Shown here: positions 1 to 10,005 of the stretch, piece after piece
Layout: every line of letters begins with the position of its first letter
Position numbering within the stretch: the first letter of the stretch is position 1
Origin: Candidatus Poribacteria bacterium
Lineage (GTDB): Bacteria > Poribacteria > WGA-4E > PCPOR2b
Length of the DNA: 64,000 nucleotides
Assembly: GCA_965215015.1 (NCBI GenBank)
Contig: OZ244042.1
Location: 5,792,001-5,856,000, forward strand
Direction of reading: 5' to 3'
Program-made: the position numbers and the translations under genes
Notes under the pieces: model-generated
Database searches by the model: none
Told to the model about the DNA's origin: nothing
What the model saw: only the letters and a program-made list of their open reading frames with translations

Positions 1-3000
1 TATGGTGAAGCATTAGCCGACGCAAACTCGTCAGATGTGAAACCTTACGGGATCGACCGACGGGTTCCGTGGGAGACATCTCGCGTCGTGGGTGCCCCCG
101 ATGCCTCTGATGATTTTTCAACCCTAGCACGCGAGCTGGAACGGTTTGTGGAAGCAGGCAAAGTAATCTTCAACGGAAAGGGATCGTGCTACTCCTGCCA
201 CACACTCAATCCATCCGCACCGCCGGGCAGAGGGCCCGATCTCACCGATATTGGGGTGAACGCTGCCACGCGAAAGCCGGGCATGGGAGCGAAGGTGTAT
301 CTCATCGAGTCCCTCTATGACCCAGCGGCATTCCTCGTCCACGGGTACGGTAAGACCATGACGCCGGCATGGAAACCACCAATCAGTCTGTCGAATTTAG
401 AGATTGAAGCTGTCATCGCATTCCTTCAGAGTCAGGGAGGAGAGATAGATCTGAAACCGTTTGAACCGCCGATTGATATACAAACCGTTGCGAAAGAGAT
501 GGAGGCACGTCCACTGATCCATGCCGCAGACGCCGAGCGAGGGATGGAGGTATTCGTCAATGTTGTAAAATGTATCGCATGTCACGATGTTGATGGGATT
601 GAGAAGCCGGAGGGGCAGACCCTTGACGATGGAGTTGAGGTCTTTCCAGGTCCTGATTTAACGGATATTGCCGCATTAAACAGCATCGGTTATATCGAAG
701 AATCCATTCTGAAACCCAACGCCGAGATTGTGCGCGGGTACGGTGTGGCATCCGTCGCAACCGGCGGCACGGTTGTTGAGGGAACACTCATCTCACAAGA
801 TAGTGAAAAAATTGTCCTGCATATCAAAGGGTTGACGGAGTCAACGGAGAGGACGCTCCTTTTGAGCGAGATTGACCCCGAACCCATCGAAGAGTTGGCG
901 GATCTGGCGGGAAAAGGGTATTTTTGGATTCAGGTGACGCCCAACAATTCAGAGCCGATCCGCGGGGATCTCGTCGGAGAGGATGAAGAAACGCTTACGC
1001 TCAAGACTGAAGCCTCTCCGGAAGAAATGCAAACCGTGTCAAAATCAAACCTGAAGACCTATGTAACTGTTATCCCATATAACAGAGAGCCGATTGTCGG
1101 GGCATTAATCTCGGAAAATGAGGAGCAGATCGTTTTAGGGGTTAAGGGCATGGAACGCACCATCGATAAATTCGATATTGATGAAGGCCCAACCTATAGC
1201 CGTGCTTTTGGGAAGCGAATCAACGTAAAATCCCCGATGCCGGATAATTACGCACAACTCTTGGCGGTTGATGAGCATTACGACTTACTGGCATTTTTAT
1301 CAACGCTGACCGGCAAAACGTCAGGCTCAGAATCCGGTCCGACCTTATCACTCCGTCCTAAAGGGATATTTACCAAATTTCCGTTAGATCAACCGGTGTA
1401 TATCGAGCCTGAGCCGGGCACCGACCAACTCTTCGTCATTGAACTAGGGGGCAAGATTCGTCGCTTCAAAGACCATCCGGATACAGAAAACGCCGAATTT
1501 CTACTTGACACAGGGCGCGAAACCTACGGCTTGACATTCCACCCAAACTACGAAGAAAACGGTTATCTCTATGTTGTCAGCAATGGACCGATAGGGGGGA
1601 AAGTCACTGAGACCAAAAATCGTGTTTCGCGCTTTACGGTGGAGCGTCAACCGCCGTATGGCTGCGATCCGAATTCCGAGCTGATTATCTTGGAATGGCT
1701 ATCGAACAACCACAACGGCGGGGACCTCGCGTTCGGTCCCGATGGATACCTCTACATCCCCGCCGGCGACGGTGCTATGGACTCTGATACCAACCTCACC
1801 GGTCTCCCCGGAAGCTACGACAGGGACCCAAAGGGACAAGATCTCAGTAACCTACCAGCGACAATCATGCGCATTGACGTTGACCATCCGGAGGCGGGCC
1901 TACCCTATTCGATCCCAAGCGATAACCCGTTTACCCATATCGAGGGAGCCCGGCCTGAAATTTGGGTCTACGGGATTCGCAACCCGTGGAGAATCACCTT
2001 CGATCGCGAGACGGGGCATCTGTGGGCAGGAAATGTTGGGCAAGATCGGTGGGAGATGATTCACCTCGTGCGCCGTGGGGACAATTATGGTTGGAGCCTT
2101 TACGAAGGTAGTCACCCCTTTTTCCTCAACCGCAAACCGGGGCCCACGCCTATTGTCAAGCCAACAGTCGAACATCCCCACTCCGAAGCCCGTTCAATTA
2201 CCGGGGGCGTTGTCTATTACGGCTCAAAATTCCCCGAATTGCGGGGTGCCTACGTCTACGGCGACTACGCAACGGGAAAAATGTGGGCACTCCGCCACGA
2301 CGGGGAGCAACTTATTTGGCATCGGGAAATCGCCGATACAACGTTACAAATCGTGAGTTTCGGCGTTGATCATAACGACGAGATATTAATCGTAGATCTG
2401 GCACGTGGTATCTACCAATTAGAACGCAAACCCAAATCCACAGAAAAGTTTCCGACCCGTTTGAGTGAAACGGGCATGTTCATATCGGTTAAAAACCATC
2501 AGACTGATCCGGGGCTGATTCCCTACTCAGTCAACGCGCCGCTGTGGGTGGATGGGGCGGATGTAGAACGATTCATCGCATTACCGGATGATTCTCAAAT
2601 TGAGATGTCGGCTGCCGATGGAGTTGGATGGAGTTTCCCGGATGGAACGGCACTGATTCAAACCTTCGCACTCAATCTGGAAGTAGGAAATCCCACTTCC
2701 AAACACTGGATTGAAACACGGTTACTGACCCGACAACAGGGTGAGTGGGGGGGATACTCCTATATCTGGAATGACGAGCAAACCGACGCAATCCTTGTGG
2801 ACGCCGCTGGGATAGACCGTGTCTTCACGATTCAGGATTCAAGTGCCCCTAATGGCAGCCGAGAGCAGTCTTGGCACTATCCCAGTCGGGAGGAGTGCAT
2901 GGCCTGCCACAGCCGCGCCGCCAACTATGTCTTGGGACTCACCACGCTCCAAATGAACAAAGTCCACAATTACAGACCCGTTTCGGACAATCAACTACGA

Positions 3001-3432
3001 ACGTTGAATCATATCGGCGTTTTCAAGAAGCCGCTGCCGAAGCTGCCGGAGGAGTACCCCAAGCTAGCTGACCCGTACAATCCCAAAGAACCGCTTGAGG
3101 CAAGGGCACGGTCATATCTACACGCCGCGTGTGCAAACTGCCATGTCCACACAGGCGGTGGTAACGCCCGCATCGTGTTAGATTTCACAACGGGACTGGA
3201 CAAAACCTACAGCGTCGGTTTCCCCCCGCAGCACGATACCTATGGTATCACCGACGCAATGCTCATCGCGCCGGGTGACCCGGAACGTTCGATCCTTTAT
3301 CAGCGTGTCGCCCGGGGGGGCAAGGGTAAAATGCCACCTCTGGCAACCTCACAACAAGACCCGCAAGCGGTGCAACTGTTATACGATTGGATTTCACAGA
3401 TGAAACCGTCTTCTGAGAATGAGAAGCATTAG
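1..3432 (+). CDS. Multiheme cytochrome c / PQQ-dependent sugar (glucose/sorbosone) dehydrogenase fusion, probably 5'-truncated by the window
   Basis: Frame is open from base 1 (YGEALADANSSD-VKPYG). Four CxxCH motifs (CYSCH, CIACH, CMACH, CANCH). GSDH propeller motifs HNGGDLAFGPDGYLY, GIRNPWR, GNVGQDRWE and GDNYGW. Confidence 0.85.
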   Translation, partial: YGEALADANSSDVKPYGIDRRVPWETSRVVGAPDASDDFSTLARELERFVEAGKVIFNGKGSCYSCHTLNPSAPPGRGPDLTDIGVNAATRKPGMGAKVYLIESLYDPAAFLVHGYGKTMTPAWKPPISLSNLEIEAVIAFLQSQGGEIDLKPFEPPIDIQTVAKEMEARPLIHAADAERGMEVFVNVVKCIACHDVDGIEKPEGQTLDDGVEVFPGPDLTDIAALNSIGYIEESILKPNAEIVRGYGVASVATGGTVVEGTLISQDSEKIVLHIKGLTESTERTLLLSEIDPEPIEELADLAGKGYFWIQVTPNNSEPIRGDLVGEDEETLTLKTEASPEEMQTVSKSNLKTYVTVIPYNREPIVGALISENEEQIVLGVKGMERTIDKFDIDEGPTYSRAFGKRINVKSPMPDNYAQLLAVDEHYDLLAFLSTLTGKTSGSESGPTLSLRPKGIFTKFPLDQPVYIEPEPGTDQLFVIELGGKIRRFKDHPDTENAEFLLDTGRETYGLTFHPNYEENGYLYVVSNGPIGGKVTETKNRVSRFTVERQPPYGCDPNSELIILEWLSNNHNGGDLAFGPDGYLYIPAGDGAMDSDTNLTGLPGSYDRDPKGQDLSNLPATIMRIDVDHPEAGLPYSIPSDNPFTHIEGARPEIWVYGIRNPWRITFDRETGHLWAGNVGQDRWEMIHLVRRGDNYGWSLYEGSHPFFLNRKPGPTPIVKPTVEHPHSEARSITGGVVYYGSKFPELRGAYVYGDYATGKMWALRHDGEQLIWHREIADTTLQIVSFGVDHNDEILIVDLARGIYQLERKPKSTEKFPTRLSETGMFISVKNHQTDPGLIPYSVNAPLWVDGADVERFIALPDDSQIEMSAADGVGWSFPDGTALIQTFALNLEVGNPTSKHWIETRLLTRQQGEWGGYSYIWNDEQTDAILVDAAGIDRVFTIQDSSAPNGSREQSWHYPSREECMACHSRAANYVLGLTTLQMNKVHNYRPVSDNQLRTLNHIGVFKKPLPKLPEEYPKLADPYNPKEPLEARARSYLHAACANCHVHTGGGNARIVLDFTTGLDKTYSVGFPPQHDTYGITDAMLIAPGDPERSILYQRVARGGKGKMPPLATSQQDPQAVQLLYDWISQMKPSSENEKH

Positions 3433-3523
3433 GACAAAGGTTCATGTTATGGGAAGCTATTAATCTTTCAAAGACAAATAGATGAACGATTTAGCAAGAT
3501 TACGGATGGAAGCACGGAATTGG

Positions 3524-3775
3524 TCATCCGTTCCGAAACGAAACCCTTATCGCCCCCAAGCCAACCGATGTGAAGCCAGCCCTCTGCCGCGTAGAGGGGC
3601 ACAAATCCGACCACTCTTTGTTCAGAAACTGCTACAAATCCTTCCTGATGTCGTATGTCAGTAGAAATTGACTCACTTCGGGCAGTCTCATCAAACCATT
3701 CAGGGAGTTCCTCTGCAATAGCGAGAATGCCAGAATAATGTTCCTTCCCAAGAGGCTGGATTTGTGCTGATGTCG
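3524..3775 (-). pseudogene. GNAT acetyltransferase remnant (N-terminal half)
   Basis: Minus frame reads QIQPLGKEHYSGILAIAEELPEWFDETARSESISTDIRHQEGFVAVSEQRVVGFVPLYAAEGWLHIGWLGA, then stops. No in-frame start codon. Confidence 0.55.
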
Positions 3776-3935
3776 ATTTGCTGCATATGTTGTTGAATCC
3801 ATTTTAGATAATGAGGACTAGAAACTCGCCACAGTGGTTTTCAGAGGCAATATACTGTACTTAGATGAGAAAGCCAGCTCTGTTTATGAAGTTATCAGAT
3901 TCGCTTGTCAGTTTCATTGACAGATTATCCTGTAG

Positions 3936-4055
3936 GGCTCATGTTAAGAAATTGTGCAACAGAAACCGATTGAGTTCATTAGTGCACTCGTTCATTAATA
4001 AACCGATAAAATAATGAACCAATGAACAAATAATTTTCATGTCACGCTCTCATCA
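3936..4055 (+). mobile_element. MITE family A (GGCTCATGTTAAGAA end), degenerate copy
   Basis: Left end matches copies at 55147 (minus), 59607 and 61698. Flanked by TCCTGTAG / CCCTGTAG, a 7/8 direct repeat. Confidence 0.65.
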
Positions 4056-4072
4056 CCCTGTAGATGGATTTC

Positions 4073-4594
4073 TCAGCAACCACACTCCTTGAATTCTGGC
4101 GAATACTGCACCGTGCCATTAACTTTATCAAGAGTACCATTCTTCAGTTCTATTGCCATGAAATTCTCGTCAGTGTCATATTCATTGCCCAAGCCGTAAA
4201 GGCTGGCACGCGAGAAACCGAATCGTGGGTAGTAATAGGGACTTCCCAACACAACTGCTATTTCAAATCCGGCCGCCGCACACCTGTTTAACCCTTCGCG
4301 TGCCAACATAGAGCCAATGCCGTGCCTTTGGAACTCTGGTAAGACGGATAGGGGTGCTAGTCCGACAGCGCGGAACGCTTGGGGTGCGGCTGTCATCGTA
4401 ACCGGTGAAAACATGATATGGCCGACAATTCTGTTGTTACTGACTGCCACGAGCGCAATCAGTGCCTTATTTCTATCTCTAAGCAATTCAACGACATTGG
4501 CTGCGGGCTCTTCGGGGGCACCACCGAATGCAGCGACGATAACCTGGCGGATTTCCTGATAGTCTTCTTGCTGCTCTTCCCGTATCCCTATCAT
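4073..4594 (-). CDS. GNAT family N-acetyltransferase (YhbS-like)
   Basis: Motifs LAPLSVLPEFQRHGIGSML and VVLGSPYYYPRFGF. Confidence 0.9.
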   Translation of the reverse strand: MIGIREEQQEDYQEIRQVIVAAFGGAPEEPAANVVELLRDRNKALIALVAVSNNRIVGHIMFSPVTMTAAPQAFRAVGLAPLSVLPEFQRHGIGSMLAREGLNRCAAAGFEIAVVLGSPYYYPRFGFSRASLYGLGNEYDTDENFMAIELKNGTLDKVNGTVQYSPEFKECGC

Positions 4595-4653
4595 TGTATG
4601 GATTCCTTTCGCAAGGTAACTTGGGCAATCTGCTATTGTGTTTGAATCTCACC

Positions 4654-5451
4654 TCAACTAATTCTGGAGGCAGCGACTATCAGCCAAACAGGTAATCCAG
4701 CACGGGGATTCCACCTCCAATCAAGTAACGATTCATCGATGTCGGACGTATCACTGCTACCTTGCCAAAATCCAGGATCTTGCGCTGGACTTTCAAGAAC
4801 TTTTTTCAATGTCAATCCAGCTTGTGCCAGTGGATTAAGCAAGTCCGCTAAGGTCCAATTAAACTCATACGATTCGTCCGTGGACTCTCGAAATGGTCCA
4901 GTGTCCCAATAAGGCTTCTCCATTTCAATGGGCGTTACCTGGTCCTTCCATGGCCGCATGAATGGATGAATGTCGTAGAAAACGTAGGCACCTCCTGGCT
5001 TCAGGGTTCTCGAAACCTCACGAAATACCCCACCGAGATCTGCAATCCACACGAAGAAACCGTTTGTGGAGCAGACAAGATCGAAGGTCGAATCGTCTGC
5101 AAATCCAAGATCGGCAGCATCGGAACGGACAAAATCAATCGATACGCCGAGCACTTCTGCACGACTTGCTGCTAGTTTCAATCGTTCCTCTGAAATATCT
5201 GTGGAAGTTACGGCTGCCCCTAATCCTGACATTGCATAGGCCGCCATGTTATCTCCGCTCCCAATGACACACACCTGCTTGTTGTGCAGATTGCCTACCA
5301 TCTCTCGGATTGTGGCAAGTGTCTCGCCCTCAAATGCCAATTCAGGCTCTTTATGGCACCTGCGCCAACGGCCATCACGGTTCAGCCGGTCCTCCCATAT
5401 TGTCGCCTGATTATTCCAGTGCCGCCGATTGGATTCATGAATTTTGATCAT
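4654..5451 (-). CDS. Class I SAM-dependent methyltransferase
   Basis: VCVIGSGD motif I, TDISEE, DSTFDLV and LKPGG. RBS GGAGG upstream. Confidence 0.85.
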   Translation of the reverse strand: MIKIHESNRRHWNNQATIWEDRLNRDGRWRRCHKEPELAFEGETLATIREMVGNLHNKQVCVIGSGDNMAAYAMSGLGAAVTSTDISEERLKLAASRAEVLGVSIDFVRSDAADLGFADDSTFDLVCSTNGFFVWIADLGGVFREVSRTLKPGGAYVFYDIHPFMRPWKDQVTPIEMEKPYWDTGPFRESTDESYEFNWTLADLLNPLAQAGLTLKKVLESPAQDPGFWQGSSDTSDIDESLLDWRWNPRAGLPVWLIVAASRIS

Positions 5452-5514
5452 GGATGATTCAACCTCCTAAGTGTCAACATATCGCTTCAGGTTTTCAAGG
5501 GGTTGAACGCCTAC

Positions 5515-6384
5515 TTATTGAGGCATTCGATAGCCGCCTCCAACATAGAGTAGTTGTCCTGTGAGCCAACGGGCTTGCTCAGAACAGAGGAAGGTAGTAA
5601 TATCTGCCACATCTTCAGGTTTGCCAACCCTACCTAACGGTGTAGATTCTGCAATTCCTTTCTCAGCTTCAGGGGTGATGTAGCCCGTCTGAATCGGTCC
5701 GGGAGCGATTACGTTGACAGTTATACCGTATTTTCCCATCTCACATGCAGCGGAGCGACTATAGGATTCAATTGCGTGTTTGCTCGCGGCGTAGCTGATG
5801 TTCAGCGGGTGGCAATGTGCGGCATCCGTACTGGTGTTTACAATGCGCCCCCAGTTCAATCCGTTTTTGAGGTATCGCTTCAAGTACGCTTGCATCATCA
5901 ATACATACGCTCGGGAATTAATAATAAAGTGAGCGTCGATACTTGAGGTGGTGGGTAGAAAAATGCCCCTCCCGTTTTTTGAAGTTTCTTCAGGGTCAAA
6001 TGTTTCCAACACGCAATGGGTGTGATTGTTAATCAAGATATCAACCGACCCCAGTTCTTTCTCACAGGTATCAAAAAGCTTTGGGATGTTTGTTTCATCC
6101 GCTAGGTCGGCTTCTAAGACAGATAGTTTCATGCCCGCTTCTTCAAACTGATTCGCGAGATGCTCGATGGGCTTTTGTTGCATTGCTCGGTAGAAGACAT
6201 CCCCACCGAATCCGGCTGCCTCGGCTTTCTTCAATTCTGCTTTGCTGTATTGACACGGTGGGCGAAAGAATGATGCGAACACCTTTACGCCTTGGGTGCC
6301 CAGAGCCAGAGCGGTTGCGGCACCGATGCCATGATTGGCACCCGTAATCAGAGCGACTTTGTCTTTTAACTTGGTGTTAATCAT
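5515..6384 (-). CDS. SDR family oxidoreductase
   Basis: TGANHGIG Rossmann motif, catalytic YAASK, NVIAPGPIQT. Likely start MINTKLKDK. Confidence 0.9.
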   Translation of the reverse strand: MINTKLKDKVALITGANHGIGAATALALGTQGVKVFASFFRPPCQYSKAELKKAEAAGFGGDVFYRAMQQKPIEHLANQFEEAGMKLSVLEADLADETNIPKLFDTCEKELGSVDILINNHTHCVLETFDPEETSKNGRGIFLPTTSSIDAHFIINSRAYVLMMQAYLKRYLKNGLNWGRIVNTSTDAAHCHPLNISYAASKHAIESYSRSAACEMGKYGITVNVIAPGPIQTGYITPEAEKGIAESTPLGRVGKPEDVADITTFLCSEQARWLTGQLLYVGGGYRMPQ

Positions 6385-6449
6385 TATATTCCGCCACGTC
6401 ATGAGAATGGAATCACCGCAGCGACAACTGTATGTCAACCGCCGTGGTT

Positions 6450-6641
6450 CTATCCCTGTTTATTCTCCAAGCAGGACAGAACGGCATACAGGTTTGAGAT
6501 TGGGTAAATCTGGTTGTCCGTCCGCGATTTTGGGTCAATGAGGACGCTCGTTATACCTACACCGTTGGCACCAACAATGTCATTTTCAATAGTATCGCCA
6601 ACGAACATCGCCTCTTTTGGTAAAATACTAGCAGCTCGCAT
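6450..6641 (-). pseudogene. HAD hydrolase C-terminal fragment
   Basis: EAMFVGDTIENDIVGANGVG (HAD motif IV) present; N-terminal DxD motif absent. Confidence 0.65.
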
Positions 6642-6657
6642 AGTAACCTGCGTGATT

Positions 6658-7821
6658 CTATGTACTTACACTCTCTATCCAGGCTTCATCAATTTCAAGG
6701 CCGAAACCGGGAGCATCCGATGGTACGAGGTAGCCATCTTTGATGACTGAAGTACCGGGCAACTTGACCATCTCTTCAAGCGGCACACCGGGGGCAGAAA
6801 CGCCCTCAGACCGTTCGCCCCACGTGATAGCAGGCATCGCAAATGACAGATGTTGACCGTAGGGATAATTCATTCCGCCATGTGCAATCACAGAGATGTC
6901 GTTCGCTTCAGCAATGTGGCAGATTTTGACCGCAGCAGTGATACCACCGCACCACAAAACGTCTGGCTGAAAGATGTCGACCAGTCGCCGGCCCGCAGCA
7001 GCGGCAAAAACAGTTGGCAGATACCAATGTTCTCCTGTGGCGAGTGTTTGCCAAGGAATGCGTTGACGCACTGTTTCATAACCCACAAAATCATCGGCGG
7101 GAATATAATCTTCCATCCACTTCAAGCTGTAAGGTTTCATGATTTCGCAGACGCGCACGGTATGTTCAACGTCAAAACCGGTCCAAGCATCCAACATCAA
7201 TTCAATTTTATCGCCAATCGCTTCCCGCGTGCTTGCCACCAATTCTTCAAGCTTGATTAAGCCTTCTTTCCCCTGCTCCGGACCGTAAGGTGTGAATAGT
7301 TTTGTCGCCTTGAATCCAAGCTCCATATACCATTCCTGATCAAAGCCGGAGGCATAGCAGAAAATTTTCTCCTTCTGTGGTCCACCCAGCAATTCATAAA
7401 CAGGTCTCTTCAGAATTTTGCCTTTGAGATCCCACAGGGCACAGTCGATCGCGCTGATCGCATAACTGGTCAAACCGGTCGCGCCAAAAGCGGCTGACGA
7501 CCGCGCCATCATGTCCCACAATTTCTCAGTTGCCATACAGTTTTCGCCAACGAGACGTGGGGCAAAGTGATCCGTGATAATTGGGGTCACGGGACCCCCA
7601 TAAAGCGAGATACCAAATCCCCAGGTGCCATCTTCCGCTGTCACAATACATGCGGGCCTTTTCCATTCTAAGGAGACATCCCTCTCTTTTTTATCGAACG
7701 TCGGATAACGGGAAGTGGGACGATTCAGGCGGTAGGTTCCGGATCGGCTTGGTGCCCGTGGGGGTGTTGTCGGTTTGGGATTTAGCTCAATTTCTACAAC
7801 ACGAATTTCCTTAATCTTCAT
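6658..7821 (-). CDS. Mandelate racemase/enolase superfamily acid-sugar dehydratase (L-rhamnonate dehydratase-like)
   Basis: AISAIDCALWDLKGK; metal-ligand segments LMLDAW, WMED and TGEH; QPDVLWCGG. Confidence 0.85.
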   Translation of the reverse strand: MKIKEIRVVEIELNPKPTTPPRAPSRSGTYRLNRPTSRYPTFDKKERDVSLEWKRPACIVTAEDGTWGFGISLYGGPVTPIITDHFAPRLVGENCMATEKLWDMMARSSAAFGATGLTSYAISAIDCALWDLKGKILKRPVYELLGGPQKEKIFCYASGFDQEWYMELGFKATKLFTPYGPEQGKEGLIKLEELVASTREAIGDKIELMLDAWTGFDVEHTVRVCEIMKPYSLKWMEDYIPADDFVGYETVRQRIPWQTLATGEHWYLPTVFAAAAGRRLVDIFQPDVLWCGGITAAVKICHIAEANDISVIAHGGMNYPYGQHLSFAMPAITWGERSEGVSAPGVPLEEMVKLPGTSVIKDGYLVPSDAPGFGLEIDEAWIESVST

Positions 7822-7851
7822 AAAATCTCCTTTCTACTACGCTCTGATTGT

Positions 7852-8754
7852 TTAATTGGAATTTTTCTCTAATTCGTAAGTCCAATCCACGACACGATAG
7901 CCACAGTTACTGTAAAACAGAAATGCACGGTAGTTCTCCCAGTTGGTGCTAATCGTTGCATGGCAGTATCCGACTTTTTGCATCTCCTGAAGCGAGTATT
8001 GGAGCAGATAACGCCCAATACCTTGCCCTTGGAACAGGTCTTTGATATCGAGCCCGATAGTATGAAACCAGCCCTGTGCATTGGGATGGCTTGAAAACTC
8101 ACCGCCGGAGACAGACTCACAGACGCCAACTTCTTCATCATCTAGATAAGCATGCACAGTGCAATTGGGACGTTGCCCCCTCCCCTGTTCCCAGTCGATA
8201 GAAAACCTTACCGGAGCACTTGAGGGTACTGGTGTGACAGAATAATTCTCCCAATTAAAAAAAACTTCCCCTGAACAGTATTGATAACCGTTGAATCCGA
8301 GGAGTGCTTGAACATGGTCAAGTCCGTCCGATAAGCCAGCGTTTTCAAAATGATAGAAACGATACCGCCAGTCCGCTGAAAAGGCCTCAATGTGGGCGAC
8401 ATTACACGCTTTCAGATAGGCTTCTGCTTTTTCAAGCGCGGCTTGCCCGGCACGCCGCGCCCCGCGCTCATAACCCAAAAACCGAATAACGCCTACAGGA
8501 ATTTCTCTGTTAACTCCAACCTGACCGATACCGACGTGAATAAACGCCTGCACGGTGCGGTTCTCTATCGTAACGAAGGCTGTTTCAAAATCGAGCCCAC
8601 CCTCATTTTTGTCGGCTTTACCATTAACCCCGCGCATCGCAAGGGCAAACTCCTCTTCCGTGACCGGGTAGCAATGCGGCACATTGATGGTCTGACAGTT
8701 ATAGAATTCCGTCAAAGCATTTTGCAGCTTGGGTGTATATTGAACGACATTCAT
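7852..8754 (-). CDS. GNAT family N-acetyltransferase
   Basis: C-terminal FQGQGIGRYLL acetyl-CoA motif and NYRAFLFYSNCGY. Confidence 0.8.
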   Translation of the reverse strand: MNVVQYTPKLQNALTEFYNCQTINVPHCYPVTEEEFALAMRGVNGKADKNEGGLDFETAFVTIENRTVQAFIHVGIGQVGVNREIPVGVIRFLGYERGARRAGQAALEKAEAYLKACNVAHIEAFSADWRYRFYHFENAGLSDGLDHVQALLGFNGYQYCSGEVFFNWENYSVTPVPSSAPVRFSIDWEQGRGQRPNCTVHAYLDDEEVGVCESVSGGEFSSHPNAQGWFHTIGLDIKDLFQGQGIGRYLLQYSLQEMQKVGYCHATISTNWENYRAFLFYSNCGYRVVDWTYELEKNSN

Positions 8755-8797
8755 CTCTACTCCTTTTCAATTTGCATCTTCCCGAATCCATAGAAAA

Positions 8798-9697
8798 CTA
8801 CTGCTCTGTTATCGCCGTGGATAGGAATGTGTTAACCGCCTCGAAATACTCCTCCGGCTGATCAACCCAAGTGATATGCCCACACCGGTTCAGAAAGACA
8901 ATCTCCGTCTGAGGAATCTTCTCCTGGATTAGATATGCCTGTGTAATTGGCTCGTAGTCCTGATATCCATACACAACTAAGGTTGGTACGGTAATCCTAT
9001 TCGCATTTGCCAGTTGCATTTCATGCGTGAAGTTTGTGGGTGATTCAGCATGTCTCAGATAGCCACCACATTTCAGATAGTAGTCGATAAACGGTGCCGC
9101 AGTCTCACGCGAATAGAACATGACACGCGCCCATATCTGCATCAGGGCTTCGTCAATCTCACGTGGAACCTCGCCCTTTTCAGACCTTGCTTGGTCGTAT
9201 GTCCCCCGTATAGCCGCAAATTCTTCAGGCGAGGTCGGGTATGCCATCCGATCTCTATTCGCACGATAACAACTCCTCATTTCTGAATTGAGTGGTCCCG
9301 GACCTACCAAGATGAGATGTGACAGGCGATCAGGATACTCTTGGGCGTAGAGTAATCCCAACCCACTGCCCCACGAATGCCCAAGCAATGCCATCTGATC
9401 TAAACCCAAATGATCTCGAAGCATGTCGAGGTCTTGGGTAAATTTCTTGATATCCATTGCGTCCTTACTGTTCTCAAAAAGTTTCGATTGACCAGACCCG
9501 CGTTGGTCGTAGAGGACACATCTATATTTTTGGGCGAATAGCTCTCCCATCGGACGGTAAAGCAGGTGATCTAAACTACCATGAACGCAAACCAAGGTCG
9601 CTCCTGCACCGATCTCAAACCATGCCATCTCATGCCCGTTCACCTGTAAGGTATGTTCTTTCCAGACGTACACTGTTCTCAACTCCGCATCAATCAT
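8798..9697 (-). CDS. Alpha/beta hydrolase (proline iminopeptidase-like)
   Basis: VHG, YDQRGSG, GHSWG nucleophile elbow, CGH catalytic His. Confidence 0.85.
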   Translation of the reverse strand: MIDAELRTVYVWKEHTLQVNGHEMAWFEIGAGATLVCVHGSLDHLLYRPMGELFAQKYRCVLYDQRGSGQSKLFENSKDAMDIKKFTQDLDMLRDHLGLDQMALLGHSWGSGLGLLYAQEYPDRLSHLILVGPGPLNSEMRSCYRANRDRMAYPTSPEEFAAIRGTYDQARSEKGEVPREIDEALMQIWARVMFYSRETAAPFIDYYLKCGGYLRHAESPTNFTHEMQLANANRITVPTLVVYGYQDYEPITQAYLIQEKIPQTEIVFLNRCGHITWVDQPEEYFEAVNTFLSTAITEQ

Positions 9698-9849
9698 TAT
9701 GGGGTGTGTTCAGAGAAGAAACAGGGTGCTAGTGCCACATCTTTCTGCATGAATAGCACCTCAACCCGTACTTCCATTAACTCTCTATCGAAGACGAAGA
9801 TATTTCAAGTTCTCGACAGGCTTTCAGCAAAGCCTCTTGAATGTTTAGG

Positions 9850-9990
9850 AACTCAAGGTATCCGAGTAGCAGTGGATACTTTGTAAGCTAGACCAATCGG
9901 CAAACTATTTTCACCCTCATTCAATTCCGAGTAAGCACCTGAAAGTGAAATGAGCACGTTTGCGTCGTTGTGAGATTGTATTTCGACCAT
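9850..9990 (-). pseudogene. Decayed gene remnant, possibly a GNAT N-terminus
   Basis: ATG at 9990 after AGGA gives MVEIQSHNDANVLISLSGAYSELNEGENSLPIGLAY, then an early stop. Lies inside an otherwise gene-dense minus-strand run. Confidence 0.3.
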
Positions 9991-10005
9991 TTTGCGTCCT
10001 AAAAA

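Noticed and set aside
1801-1833. Palindromic insertion encoding LPGSYDRDPKG in the dehydrogenase
   Set aside because: It may be an insert, but the inverted repeat (GGTCTCCC...GGGACC) is too short to support without an alignment.
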